A stretch of DNA of 64,000 bases from Eledone cirrhosa (lineage: Eukaryota). The notes beneath the pieces are model-generated. The model was not told the DNA's origin. It ran no database searches and was given only the letters and a program-made list of their open reading frames with translations. The DNA is taken from the NCBI GenBank assembly GCA_964016885.1, contig OZ024745.1:32736001-32800000 (forward strand). The letters run 5' to 3'. Position numbers and translations under genes: made by a program. Position 1 is the stretch's first letter; the number at the start of each line of letters is the position of its first letter. Of the stretch, positions 1-15,000 are shown one piece after another.

Positions 1-3000
1 CAAAGATAGCCACAGTACTAAATACCATCGGGGGAACAAAGATAGCCACAGTACTAAATACCATCAGAAGAACAAAGATAGCCACAGTACTAAATACCAT
101 CAGAAGAACAAAGATAGCCACAGTACTAAATACCATCAGATGAACAAAGATAGCCCCAGTACTAAATACTATCAGAGGAACAAAGATAGCCACAGTACTA
201 AATACCATCAGAGGAACAAAGATAGCCACAGTACTAAATACCATCAGAAGAACAAAGATAGCCACAGTACTAAATACCATCAGAAGAACAAAGATAGCCA
301 CAGTACTAAATACCATCAGAAGAACAAAGATAGCAACAGTACTAAATACCATCAGAAGAACAAAGATAGCCACAGTACTAAATACCATCAGAAGAACAAA
401 GATAGCCACAGTACTAAATACCACCAGGGGAACAAAGATAGCCACAGTACTAAATACCATCAGAGGAACAAAGATAGCCACAGTACTAAATACCATCAGA
501 GGAACAAAGATAGCCACTGTACTAAATACCATCAGAGGAACAAAGATAGCCACAGTACTAAATACCATCAGAAGAACAAAGATAGCCACAGTACTAAATA
601 CCATCAGAAGAACAAAGATAGCCACAGTACTAAATACCATCAGAAGAACAAAGATAGCAACAGTACTAAATACCATCAGAAGAACAAAGATAGCCACAGT
701 ACTAAATACCATCAGAAGAACAAAGATAGCCACAGTACTAAATACCATCAGAAGAACAAAGATAGCCACAGTACTAAATACCATCAGAAGAACAAAGATA
801 GCCACAGTACTAAATACCACCAGGGGAACAAAGATAGCCACAGTACTAAATACCATCAGAAGAACAAAGATAGCCACAGTACTAAATACCATCATAAGAA
901 CAAAGATAGTCACAGTACTAAATACCATCAGAGGAACAAAGATAGCCACAGCACTAAATACCATCAGAAGAACAAAGATAGCCACAGTACTAAATACCAT
1001 CAGGGGAACAAAGATAGCCACAGTACTAAATACCATCGGGGGAACAAAGATAGCCACAGTACTAAATACCATCAGAGGAACAAAGATAGCCACAGTACTA
1101 AATACCATCAGAAGAACAAAGATAGCCACAGTGCTAAATACCATAGAGAAGAACAAAGATAGCCACAGTACTAAATACCATCAGAAGAACAAAGATAGCC
1201 ACAGTACTAAATACCATCAGAAGAACAAAGATAGCCACAGTACTAAATACCATCAGATGAACAAAGATAGCCCCAGTACTAAATACTATCAGAGGAACAA
1301 AGATAGCCACAGTACTAAATACCATCAGAAGAACAAAGATAGCCCCTGTACTAAATACCATCAAAGGAACAAAAATTGCCCCAGTACTAAATACCATCAC
1401 AGGAACAAAGATAGCCACAGTACTAAATACCATCAGAGGAACAAAGATAGCCACAGTACTAAATACCATCAGAAGAACAAAGATAGCCACAGTACTAAAT
1501 ACCATCAGAAGAACAAAGATAACCACAGTACTAAATACCATCAGAAGAACAAAGATAGCCACAGTACTAAATACCATCAGAAGAACAAAGATAGCCACAG
1601 TACTAAATACCATCAGAAGACCAAAGATAGCCACAGTACTAAATACCATCAGAACAACAAAGATAGCCACAGTACTAAATACCATCAGAAGTACAAAGAT
1701 AGCCACAGTACTAAATACCATCAGAGGAACAAAGATAGCCCCAGTACTAAATACCATCAGATGAACAAAGATAGCCACAGTACTAAATATCATCAGAGGA
1801 ACAAAGATAGCCACAGTACTAAATATCATCAGAGGAACAAAGATAGCCACAGTACTAAATATCATCAGAAGAACAAAGATAGCCACTGTACTAAATACCA
1901 TCAGAGGAACAAAGATATCCACAGTACTAAATACCATCAGAAGAACAAAGATAGCCACAGTACTAAATACCATCAGAAGAACAAAGATAACCACAGTACT
2001 AAATACCATCAGAAGAACAAAGATAGCCACAGTACTAAATACCATCAGAAGAACAAAGATAGCCACAGTACTAAATACCATCAGAAGAACAAAGATAGCC
2101 ACAGTACTAAATACCATCAGAAGAACAAAGATAGCCACAGTACTAAATACCATCAGAAGTACAAAGATAGCCACAGTACTAAATACCATCAGAGGAACAA
2201 AGATAGCCCCAGTACTAAATACCATCAGAGAAACAAAGATAGCCACAGTACTAAATACCATCAGAGGAACAAAGATAGCCACAGTACTAAATACCATCAG
2301 AAGAACAAAGATAGCCACAGTACTAAATACCATCAGAAGAACAAAGATAGCAACAGTACTAAATACCATCAGAAGAACAAAGATAGCCACAGTACTAAAT
2401 ACCATCAGAAGAACAAAGATAGCCACAGTACTAAATACCATCAGGGGAACAAAGATAGCCACAGTACTAAATACCATCAGGGGAACAAAGATAGCCACTG
2501 TACTAAATACCATCAGAAGAACAAAGATAGCCACAGTACCAAATACCATCAGAGGAACAAAGATAGCCACAGTACTAAATACCATCAAAAGAACAAAGAT
2601 AGCCACAGTACTAAATACCATCAGAAGAACAAAGATAGCCACAGTACTAAATACCATCGGGGGAACAAAGATAGCCACAGTACTAAATACCATCAGAGAA
2701 ACAAAGATAGCCACAGTACTAAATACCATCAGAAGAACAAAGATAGCCACAGTACTAAATACCATCAGAAGAACAAAGATAGCCACAGTACTAAATACCA
2801 TCAGAAGAACAAAGATAGCCACAGTACTAAATACCATCAGAAGAACAAAGATAGCCACAGTACTAAATACCATCAGAAGAACAAAGATAGCCACAGTACT
2901 AAATACCATCAGAGGAACAAAGATAGCCACAGTACTAAATACCATCAGAGGAACAAAGATAGCCACAGTACTAAATACCATCAGAGGAACAAAGATAGCC

Positions 3001-6000
3001 ACTGTACTAAATACCATCAGAGGAACAAAGATAGCCACAGTACTAAATACCATCAGAAGAACAAAGATAGCCACAGTACTAAATACCATCAGAAGAACAA
3101 AGATAGCCACAGTACTAAATACCATCAGAAGAACAAAGATAGCCACAGTACTAAATACCATCAGAAGAACAAAGATAGCCACAGTACTAAATACCATCAG
3201 AAGAACAAAGATAGCCACAGTACTAAATACCATCAGAAGAACAAAGATAGCCACAGTACTAAATACCATCAGAAGAACAAAGATAGCCACAGTACTAAAT
3301 ACCATCAGAAGAACAAAGATAGCCACAGTACTAAATACCATCAGAAGAACAAAGATAGCCACAGTACTAAATACCATCATAAGAACAAAGATAGTCACAG
3401 TACTAAATACCATCAGAGGAACAAAGATAGCCACAGCACTAAATACCATCAGAAGAACAAAGATAGCCACAGTACTAAATACCATCAGGGGAACAAAGAT
3501 AGCCACAGTACTAAATACCATCGGGGGAACAAAGATAGCCACAGTACTAAATACCATCAGAGGAACAAAGATAGCCACAGTACTAAATACCATCAGAAGA
3601 ACAAAGATAGCCACAGTGCTAAATACCATAGAGAAGAACAAAGATAGCCACAGTACTAAATACCATCAGAGGAACAAAGATAGCCACAGTACTAAATACC
3701 ATCAAAAGAACAAAGATAGCCACAGTACTAAATACCATCAGAAGAACAAAGATAGCCACAGTACTAAATACCATCGGGGGAACAAAGATAGCCACAGTAC
3801 TAAATACCATCAGAAGAACAAAGATAGCCACAGTACTAAATACCATCAGAAGAACAAAGATAGCCACAGTACTAAATACCATCAGAGGAACAAAGATAGC
3901 CCCAGTACTAAATACTATCAGAGGAACAAAGATAGCCACAGTACTAAATACCATCAGAGGAACAAAGATAGCCCCTGTACTAAATACCATCAAAGGAACA
4001 AAAATTGCCCCAGTACTAAATACCATCACAGGAACAAAGATAGCCACAGTACTAAATACCATCAGAAGAACAAAGATAGCCACAGTACCAAATACCATCA
4101 GAGGAACAAAGATAGCCACAGTACTAAATACCATCAAAAGAACAAAGATAGCCACAGTACTAAATACCATCGGGGGAACAAAGATAGCCACAGTACTAAA
4201 TACCATCAGAGGAACAAAGATAGCCACAGTACTAAATACCATCAGAAGAACAAAGATAGCCACAGTACTAAATACCATCAGAAGAACAAAGATAGCCACA
4301 GTACTAAATACCATCAGAAGAACAAAGATAGCCACAGTACTAAATACCATCAGAAGAACAAAGATAGCCACAGTACTAAATACCATCAAAAGAAGAAAGA
4401 TAGCCACAGTACTAAATACCATCAGAAGAACAAAGATAGCCACAGTACTAAATACCATCAGAAGAACAAAGATAGCCACAGTACTAAATACCATCAGAAG
4501 AACAAAGATAGCCACAGTACTAAATACCATCAGAAGAACAAAGATAGCCACAGTACTAAATACCATCAGAAGAACAAAGATAGCCACAGTACTAAATACC
4601 ATCAGAAGAACAAAGATAGCCACAGTACTAAATACCATCAGAAGAACAAAGATAGCCACAGTACTAAATACCATCATAAGAACAAAGATAGTCACAGTAC
4701 TAAATACCATCAGAGGAACAAAGATAGCCACAGCACTAAATACCATCAGAAGAACAAAGATAGCCACAGTACTAAATACCATCAGGGGAACAAAGATAGC
4801 CACAGTACTAAATACCATCGGGGGAACAAAGATAGCCACAGTACTAAATACCATCAGAGGAACAAAGATAGCCACAGTACTAAATACCATCAGAAGAACA
4901 AAGATAGCCACAGTGCTAAATACCATAGAGAAGAACAAAGATAGCCACAGTACTAAATACCATCAGAGGAACAAAGATAGCCACAGTACTAAATACCATC
5001 AAAAGAACAAAGATAGCCACAGTACTAAATACCATCAGAAGAACAAAGATAGCCACAGTACTAAATACCATCGGGGGAACAAAGATAGCCACAGTACTAA
5101 ATACCATCAGAAGAACAAAGATAGCCACAGTACTAAATACCATCAGAAGAACAAAGATAGCCACAGTACTAAATACCATCAGAGGAACAAAGATAGCCCC
5201 AGTACTAAATACTATCAGAGGAACAAAGATAGCCACAGTACTAAATACCATCAGAGGAACAAAGATAGCCCCTGTACTAAATACCATCAAAGGAACAAAA
5301 ATTGCCCCAGTACTAAATACCATCACAGGAACAAAGATAGCCACAGTACTAAATACCATCAGAAGAACAAAGATAGCCACAGTACCAAATACCATCAGAG
5401 GAACAAAGATAGCCACAGTACTAAATACCATCAAAAGAACAAAGATAGCCACAGTACTAAATACCATCGGGGGAACAAAGATAGCCACAGTACTAAATAC
5501 CATCAGAGGAACAAAGATAGCCACAGTACTAAATACCATCAGAAGAACAAAGATAGCCACAGTACTAAATACCATCAGAAGAACAAAGATAGCCACAGTA
5601 CTAAATACCATCAGAAGAACAAAGATAGCCACAGTACTAAATACCATCAGAAGAACAAAGATAGCCACAGTACTAAATACCATCAAAAGAAGAAAGATAG
5701 CCACAGTACTAAATACCATCAGAGGAACAAAGATAGCCACAGTACTAAATACCATCAGAGGAACAAAGATAGCCACAGTACTAAATACCATCAGAGGAAC
5801 AAAGATAGCCACTGTACTAAATACCATCAGAGGAACAAAGATAGCCACAGTACTAAATACCATCAGAAGAACAAAGATAGCCACAGTACTAAATACCATC
5901 AGAAGAACAAAGATAGCCACAGTACTAAATACCATCAGAAGAACAAAGATAGCCACAGTACTAAATACCATCAGAGGAACAAAGATAGCCACAGTACTAA

Positions 6001-9000
6001 ATACCATCAGAGGAACAAAGATAGCCACAGTACTAAATACCATCAGAGGAACAAAGATAGCCACTGTACTAAATACCATCAGAGGAACAAAGATAGCCAC
6101 AGTACTAAATACCATCAGAAGAACAAAGATAGCCACAGTACTAAATACCATCAGAAGAACAAAGATAGCCACAGTACTAAATACCATCAGAAGAACAAAG
6201 ATAGCAACAGTACTAAATACCATCAGAAGAACAAAGATAGCCACAGTACTAAATACCATCAGAAGAACAAAGATAGCCACAGTACTAAATACCATCAGAA
6301 GAACAAAGATAGCCACAGTACTAAATACCATCAGAAGAACAAAGATAGCCACAGTACTAAATACCACCAGGGGAACAAAGATAGCCACAGTACTAAATAC
6401 CATCAGAAGAACAAAGATAGCCACAGTACTAAATACCATCATAAGAACAAAGATAGTCACAGTACTAAATACCATCAGAGGAACAAAGATAGCCACAGCA
6501 CTAAATACCATCAGAAGAACAAAGATAGCCACAGTACTAAATACCATCAGGGGAACAAAGATAGCCACAGTACTAAATACCATCGGGGGAACAAAGATAG
6601 CCACAGTACTAAATACCATCAGAGGAACAAAGATAGCCACAGTACTAAATACCATCAGAAGAACAAAGATAGCCACAGTACTAAATACCATCAGAGGAAC
6701 AAAGATAGCCACAGTACTAAATACCATCGGGGGAACAAAGATAGCCACAGTACTAAATACCATCAGAAGAACAAAGATAGCCACAGTACTAAATACCATC
6801 GGGGGAACAAAGATAGCCACAGTACTAAATACCATCAGAAGAACAAAGATAGCCACAGTACTAAATACCATCAGAAGAACAAAGATAGCCACAGTACTAA
6901 ATACCATCAGAGGAACAAAGATAGCCCCAGTACTAAATACTATCAGAGGAACAAAGATAGCCACAGTACTAAATACCATCAGAGGAACAAAGATAGCCCC
7001 TGTACTAAATACCATCAAAGGAACAAAAATTGCCCCAGTACTAAATACCATCACAGGAACAAAGATAGCCACAGTACTAAATACCATCAGAGGAACAAAG
7101 ATAGCCACAGTACTAAATACCATCAGAAGAACAAAGATAGCCACAGTACTAAATACCATCAGAAGAACAAAGATAGCCACAGTACTAAATACCATCAGAA
7201 GAACAAAGATAGCCACAGTACTAAATACCATCAGAAGAACAAAGATAGCCACAGTACTAAATACCATCAGAACAACAAAGATAGCCACAGTACTAAATAC
7301 CATCAGAAGTACAAAGATAGCCACAGTACTAAATACCATCAGAGGAACAAAGATAGCCCCAGTACTAAATACCATCAGAGAAACAAAGATAGCCACAGTA
7401 CTAAATACCATCAGAGGAACAAAGATAGCCACAGTACTAAATACCATCAGAAGAACAAAGATAGCCACAGTACTAAATACCATCAGAAGAACAAAGATAG
7501 CAACAGTACTAAATACCATCAGAAGAACAAAGATAGCCACAGTACTAAATACCATCAGAAGAACAAAGATAGCCACAGTACTAAATACCATCAGGGGAAC
7601 AAAGATAGCCACAGTACTAAATACCATCAGGGGAACAAAGATAGCCACTGTACTAAATACCATCAGAAGAACAAAGATAGCCACAGTACCAAATACCATC
7701 AGAGGAACAAAGATAGCCACAGTACTAAATACCATCAAAAGAACAAAGATAGCCACAGTACTAAATACCATCAGAAGAACAAAGATAGCCACAGTACTAA
7801 ATACCATCGGGGGAACAAAGATAGCCACAGTACTAAATACCATCAGAGGAACAAAGATAGCCACAGTACTAAATACCATCAGAAGAACAAAGATAGCCAC
7901 AGTACTAAATACCATCAGAAGAACAAAGATAGCCACAGTACTAAATACCATCAGAAGAACAAAGATAGCCACAGTACTAAATACCATCAGAAGAACAAAG
8001 ATAGCCACAGTACTAAATACCATCAGAGGAACAAAGATAGCCACAGTACTAAATACCATCAGAGGAACAAAGATAGCCACAGTACTAAATACCATCAGAG
8101 GAACAAAGATAGCCACTGTACTAAATACCATCAGAGGAACAAAGATAGCCACAGTACTAAATACCATCAGAAGAACAAAGATAGCCACAGTACTAAATAC
8201 CATCAGAAGAACAAAGATAGCCACAGTACTAAATACCATCAGAAGAACAAAGATAGCCACAGTACTAAATACCATCAGAAGAACAGAGATAGCCACAGTA
8301 CTAAATACCATCAGAAGAACAAAGATAGCCACAGTACTAAATACCATCAGAAGAACAAAGATAGCCACAGTACTAAATACCATCAGAAGAACAAAGATAG
8401 CCACAGTACTAAATACCATCAGAAGAACAAAGATAGCCACAGTACTAAATACCATCGGGGGAACAAATAGCCACAGTACTAAATACCATCAGAAGAACAA
8501 AGATAGCCACAGTACTAAATACCATCAGAAGAACAAACATAGCCACAGTACTAAATACCATCAGAGGAACAAAGATAGCCCCAGTACTAAATACTATCAG
8601 AGGAACAAAGATAGCCACAGTACTAAATACCATCAGAGGAACAAAGATAGCCCCTGTACTAAATACCATCAAAGGAACAAAAATTGCCCCAGTACTAAAT
8701 ACCATCACAGGAACAAAGATAGCCACAGTACTAAATACCATCAGAAGAACAAAGATAGCCACAGTACCAAATACCATCAGAGGAACAAAGATAGCCACAG
8801 TACTAAATACCATCAAAAGAACAAAGATAGCCACAGTACTAAATACCATCAGAAGAACAAAGAAAGCCACAGTACTAAATACCATCGGGGGAACAAAGAT
8901 AGCCACAGTACTAAATACCATCAGAGGAACAAAGATAGCCACAGTACTAAATACCATCAGAAGAACAAAGATAGCCACAGTACTAAATACCATCAGAAGA

Positions 9001-12000
9001 ACAAAGATAGCCACAGTACTAAATACCATCAGAAAAACAAAGATAGCCACAGTACTAAATACCATCAGAAGAACAAAGATAGCCACAGTACTAAATACCA
9101 TCAGAAGAACAAAGATAGCCACAGTACTAAATACCATCAGAGGAACAAAGATAGCCACAGTACTAAATACCATCAGAGGAACAAAGATAGCCACAGTACT
9201 AAATACCATCAGAGGAACAAAGATAGCCACTGTACTAAATACCATCAGAGGAACAAAGATAGCCACAGTACTAAATACCATCAGAAGAACAAAGATAGCC
9301 ACAGTACTAAATACCATCAGAAGAACAAAGATAGCCACAGTACTAAATACCATCAGAAGAACAAAGATAGCCACAGTACTAAATACCATCAGAGGAACAA
9401 AGATAGCCACAGTACTAAATACCATCAGAGGAACAAAGATAGCCACAGTACTAAATACCATCAGAGGAACAAAGATAGCCACTGTACTAAATACCATCAG
9501 AGGAACAAAGATAGCCACAGTACTAAATACCATCAGAAGAACAAAGATAGCCACAGTACTAAATACCATCAGAAGAACAAAGATAGCCACAGTACTAAAT
9601 ACCATCAGAAGAACAAAGATAGCCACAGTACTAAATACCATCAGAATAACAAAGATAGCCACAGTACTAAATACCATCAGAAGAACAAAGATAGCCACAG
9701 TACTAAATACCATCAGAAGAACAAAGATAGCCACAGTACTAAATACCATCAGAAGAACAAAGATAGCCACAGTACTAAATACCATCAGGGGAACAAAGAT
9801 AGCCACAGTACTAAATACCATCAGAAGAACAAAGATAGCCACAGTACTAAATACCATCATAAGAACAAAGATAGTCACAGTACTAAATACCATCAGAGGA
9901 ACAAAGATAGCCACAGCACTAAATACCATCAGAAGAACAAAGATAGCCACAGTACTAAATACCATCAGGGGAACAAAGATAGCCACAGTACTAACTACCA
10001 TCGGGGGAACTAAGATAGCCACAGTACTAAATACCATCAGAGGAACAAAGATAGCCACAGTACTAAATACCATCAGAAGAACAAAGATAGCCACAGTGCT
10101 AAATACCATAGAGAAGAACAAAGATAGCCACAGTACTAAATACCATCAGAGGAACAAAGATAGCCACAGTACTAAATACCATCGGGGGAACAAAGATAGC
10201 CACAGTACTAAATACCATCAGAAGAACAAAGATAGCCACAGTACTAAATACCATCGGGGGAACAAAGATAGCCACAGTACTAAATACCATCAGAAGAACA
10301 AAGATAGCCACAGTACTAAATACCATCAGAAGAACAAAGATTGCCACAGTACTAAATACCATCAGAGGAACAAAGATAGCCCCAGTACTAAATACTATCA
10401 GAGGAACAAAGATAGCCACAGTACTAAATACCATCAGAGGAACAAAGATAGCCCCTGTACTAAATACCATCAAAGGAACAAAAATTGCCCCAGTACTAAA
10501 TACCATCACAGGAACAAAGATAGCCACAGTACTAAATACCATCAGAGGAACAAAGATAGCCACAGTACTAAATACCATCAGAAGAACAAAGTTAGCCACA
10601 GTACTAAATACCATCAGAAGAACAAAGATAGCCACAGTACTAAATACCATCAGAAGAACAAAGATAGCCACAATACTAAATACCATCAGGGGAACAAAGA
10701 TAGCCACAGTACTAAATACCATCAGGGGAACAAAGATAGCCACTGTACTAAATACCATCAGAAGAACAAAGATAGCCACAGTACCAAATACCATCAGAGG
10801 AACAAAGATAGCCACAGTACTAAATACCATCAAAAGAACAAAGATAGCCACAGTACTAAATACCATCAGAAGATCAAAGATAGCCACAGTACTAAATAGC
10901 ATCGGGGGAACAAAGATAGCCACAGTACTAAATACCATCAGAGGAACAAAGATAGCCACAGTACTAAATACCATCAGAAGAACAAAGATAGCCACAGTAC
11001 TAAATACCATCAGAAGAACAAAGATAGCCACAGTACTAAATACCATCAGAAGAACAAAGATAGCCACAGTACTAAATACCATCAGAAGAACAAAGATAGC
11101 CACAGTACTAAATACCATCAGAGGAACAAAGATAGCCACAGTACTAAATACCATCAGAGGAACAAAGATAGCCACAGTACTAAATACCATCAGAGGAACA
11201 AAGATAGCCACTGTACTAAATACCATCAGAGGAACAAAGATAGCCACAGTACTAAATACCATCAGAAGAAGAAAGATAGCCACAGTACTAAATACCATCA
11301 GAAGAACAAAGATAGCCACAGTACTAAATACCATCAGAAGAACAAAGATAGCCACAGTACTAAATACCATCAGAAGAACAAAGATAGCCACAGTACTAAA
11401 TACCATCAGAAGAACAAAGATAGCCACAGTACTAAATACCATCAGAAGAACAAAGATAGCCACAGTACTAAATACCATCAGGGGAACAAAGATAGCCACA
11501 GTACTAAATACCATCAGAACAACAAATATAGCCACAGTACTAAATACCATCAGAAGAACAAAGATAGCCACAGTACTAAATACCATCAGAACAACAAAGA
11601 TAGCCACATTACTAAATACCATCAGAAGAACAAAGATAGCCACGGTACTAAATACGATCAGGGGAACAAAGATAGCCACAGTACTAAATACCATCAGGGG
11701 AACAAAGATAGCCACAGTACTAAATACCATCAGAAGAACAAAGATAGCCACAGTACTAAATACCATCAGGGGTACAAAGATAGCCACAGTACTAAATACC
11801 ATCAGAAGAACAAAGATAGCCACAGTACTAAATACCATCAGAAGAACAAAGACAGTCACAGTACTAAATACCATCAGAAGAACAAAGACAGTCACAGTAC
11901 TAAATACCATCAGAGGAACAAAGGTAGCCACAGTACTAAATACCATCAGAAGAACAAAGGTAGCCACAGTACTAAATACCATCAGAAGAACAAAGACAGT

Positions 12001-15000
12001 CACAGTACTAAATACCATCAGGAGAACAAAGATAGCCACAGTACTAAATACCATCAGAAGAACAAAGATAGCCACAGTACTAAATACCATCAGAAGAACA
12101 AAGATAGCCATTGTACTAAATACCATCAGAGGAACAAAGATAGCCACAGTACTAAATACCATCAGAAGAACAAAGATAGCCACAGTACTAAATACCATCA
12201 GAAGAACAAAGATAGCCACAGTACTAAATACCATCAGAGGAACAAAGATAGCCCCAGTACTAAATACCATCAGAGGAACAAAGATAGCCACAGTACTAAA
12301 TACCATCAGAGGAACAAAGATAGCCACAGTACTAAATACCATCAGAAGAACAAAGATAGCCACAGTACTAAATACCATCAAAAGAACAAAGATAGCTACA
12401 GTACTAAATACCATCAGGGGAACAAAGATAGCCACAGTACTAAATACCATCAAGGGAACAAAGATAGCCACTGTACTAAATACCATCAGAAGAACAAAGA
12501 TAGCCACAGTACCAAATACCATCAGAGGAACAAAGATAGCCACAGTACTAAATACCATCAGAAGAACAAAGATAGCCCCAGTACTAAATACCATCAGAGG
12601 AACAAAGATAGCCACAGTACTAAATACCATCAGAGGAACAAAGATAGCCACAGTACTAAATACCATCAGAAGAACAAAGATAGCCACAGTACTAAATACC
12701 ATCAAAAGAACAAAGATAGCCACAGTACTAAATACCATCAGGGGAACAAAGATAGCCACAGTACTAAATACCATCAGGGGAACAAAGATAGCCACTGTAC
12801 TAAATACCATCAGAAGAACAAAGATAGCCACAGTACCAAATACCATCAGAGGAACAAAGATAGCCACAGTACTAAATACCATCAGAAGAACAAAGATAGC
12901 CACAGTACTAAATACCATCAGGGGAACAAAGATAGCCACAGTACTAAATACCATCAGGGGAACAAAGATAGCCACTGTACTAAATACCATCAGAAGAACA
13001 AAGATAGCCACAGTACCAAATACCATCAGAGGAACAAAGATAGCCACAGTACTAAATACCATCAAAAGAACAAAGATAGCCACAGTACTAAATACCATCA
13101 GAAGAACAAAGATAGCCACAGTACTAAATACCATCAGAAGAACAAAGATAGCCACAGTACTAAATACCATCATAAGAACAAAGATAGTCACAGTACTAAA
13201 TACCATCAAAGGAACAAAGATAGCCACAGCACTAAATACCATCAGAAGAACAAAGATAGCCACAGTACTAAATACCATCAGGGGAACAAAGATAGCCACA
13301 GTACTAAATACCATCGGGGGAACAAAGATAGCCACAGTACTAAATACCATCAGAGGAACAAAGATAGCCACAGTACTAAATACCATCAGAAGAACAAAGA
13401 TAGCCACAGTGCTAAATACCATAGAGAAGAACAAAGATAGCCACAGTACTAAATACCATCAGAGGAACAAAGATAGCCACAGTACTAAATACCATCGGGG
13501 GAACAAAGATAGCCACAGTACTAAATACCATCAGAAGAACAAAGATAGCCACAGTACTAAATACCATCGGGGGAACAAAGATAGCAACAGTACTAAATAC
13601 CATCAGAAGAACAAAGATAGCCACAGTACTAAATACCATCAGAAGAACAAATATAGCCACAGTACTAAATACCATCAGAGGAACAAAGATAGCCACAGTA
13701 CTAAATACCATCAGAGGAACAAAGATAGCCACAGTACTAAATACCATCAGAAGAACAAAGATAGCCACAGTACTAAATACCATCAGAAGAACAAAGATAG
13801 CCACAGTACTAAATACCATCAGAAGAACAAAGATAGCCACAGTACTAAATACCATCAGGGGAACAAAGATAGCCACAGTACTAAATACCATCAGGGGAAC
13901 AAAGATAGCCACTGTACTAAATACCATCAGAAGAACAAAGATAGCCACAGTACCAAATACCATCAGAGGAACAAAGATAGCCACAGTACTAAATACCATC
14001 AAAAGAACAAAGATAGCCACAGTACTAAATACCATCAGAAGAACAAAGATAGCCACAGTACTAAATAGCATCGGGGGAACAAAGATAGCCACAGTACTAA
14101 ATACCATCAGAGGAACAAAGATAGCCACAGTACTAAATACCATCAGAAGAACAAAGATAGCCACAGTACTAAATACCATCAGAAGAACAAAGATAGCCAC
14201 AGTACTAAATACCATCAGAAGAACAAAGATAGCCACAGTACTAAATACCATCAGAAGAACAAAGATAGCCACAGTACTAAATACCATCAGAAGAACAAAG
14301 ATAGCCACAGTACTAAATACCATCAGAGGAACAAAGATAGCCACAGTACTAAATACCATCAGAGGAACAAAGATAGCCACAGTACTAAATACCATCAGAA
14401 GAACAAAGATAGCCACAGTACTAAATACCATCAGAAGAACAAAGATAGCCACAGTACTAAATACCATCAGAAGAACAAAGATAGCCACAGTACTAAATAC
14501 CATCAGAAGAACAAAGATAGCCACAGTACTAAATACCATCAGAAGAACAAAGATAGCCACAGTACTAAATACCATCAGGGGAACAAAGATAGCCACAGTA
14601 CTAAATACCATCAGAACAACAAATATAGCCACAGTACTAAATACCATCAGAAGAACAAAGATAGCCACAGTACTAAATACCATCAGAACAACAAAGATAG
14701 CCACAGTACTAAATACCATCAGAAGAACAAAGATAGCCACGGTACTAAATACCATCAGGGGAACAAAGATAGCCACAGTACTAAATACCATCAGGGGAAC
14801 AAAGATAGCCACAGTACTAAATACCATCAGAAGAACAAAGATAGCCACAGTACTAAATACCATCAGGGGTACAAAGATAGCCACAGTACTAAATACCATC
14901 AGAAGAACAAAGATAGCCACAGTACTAAATACCATCAGAAGAACAAAGACAGTCACAGTACTAAATACCATCAGAAGAACAAAGGTAGCCACAGTACTAA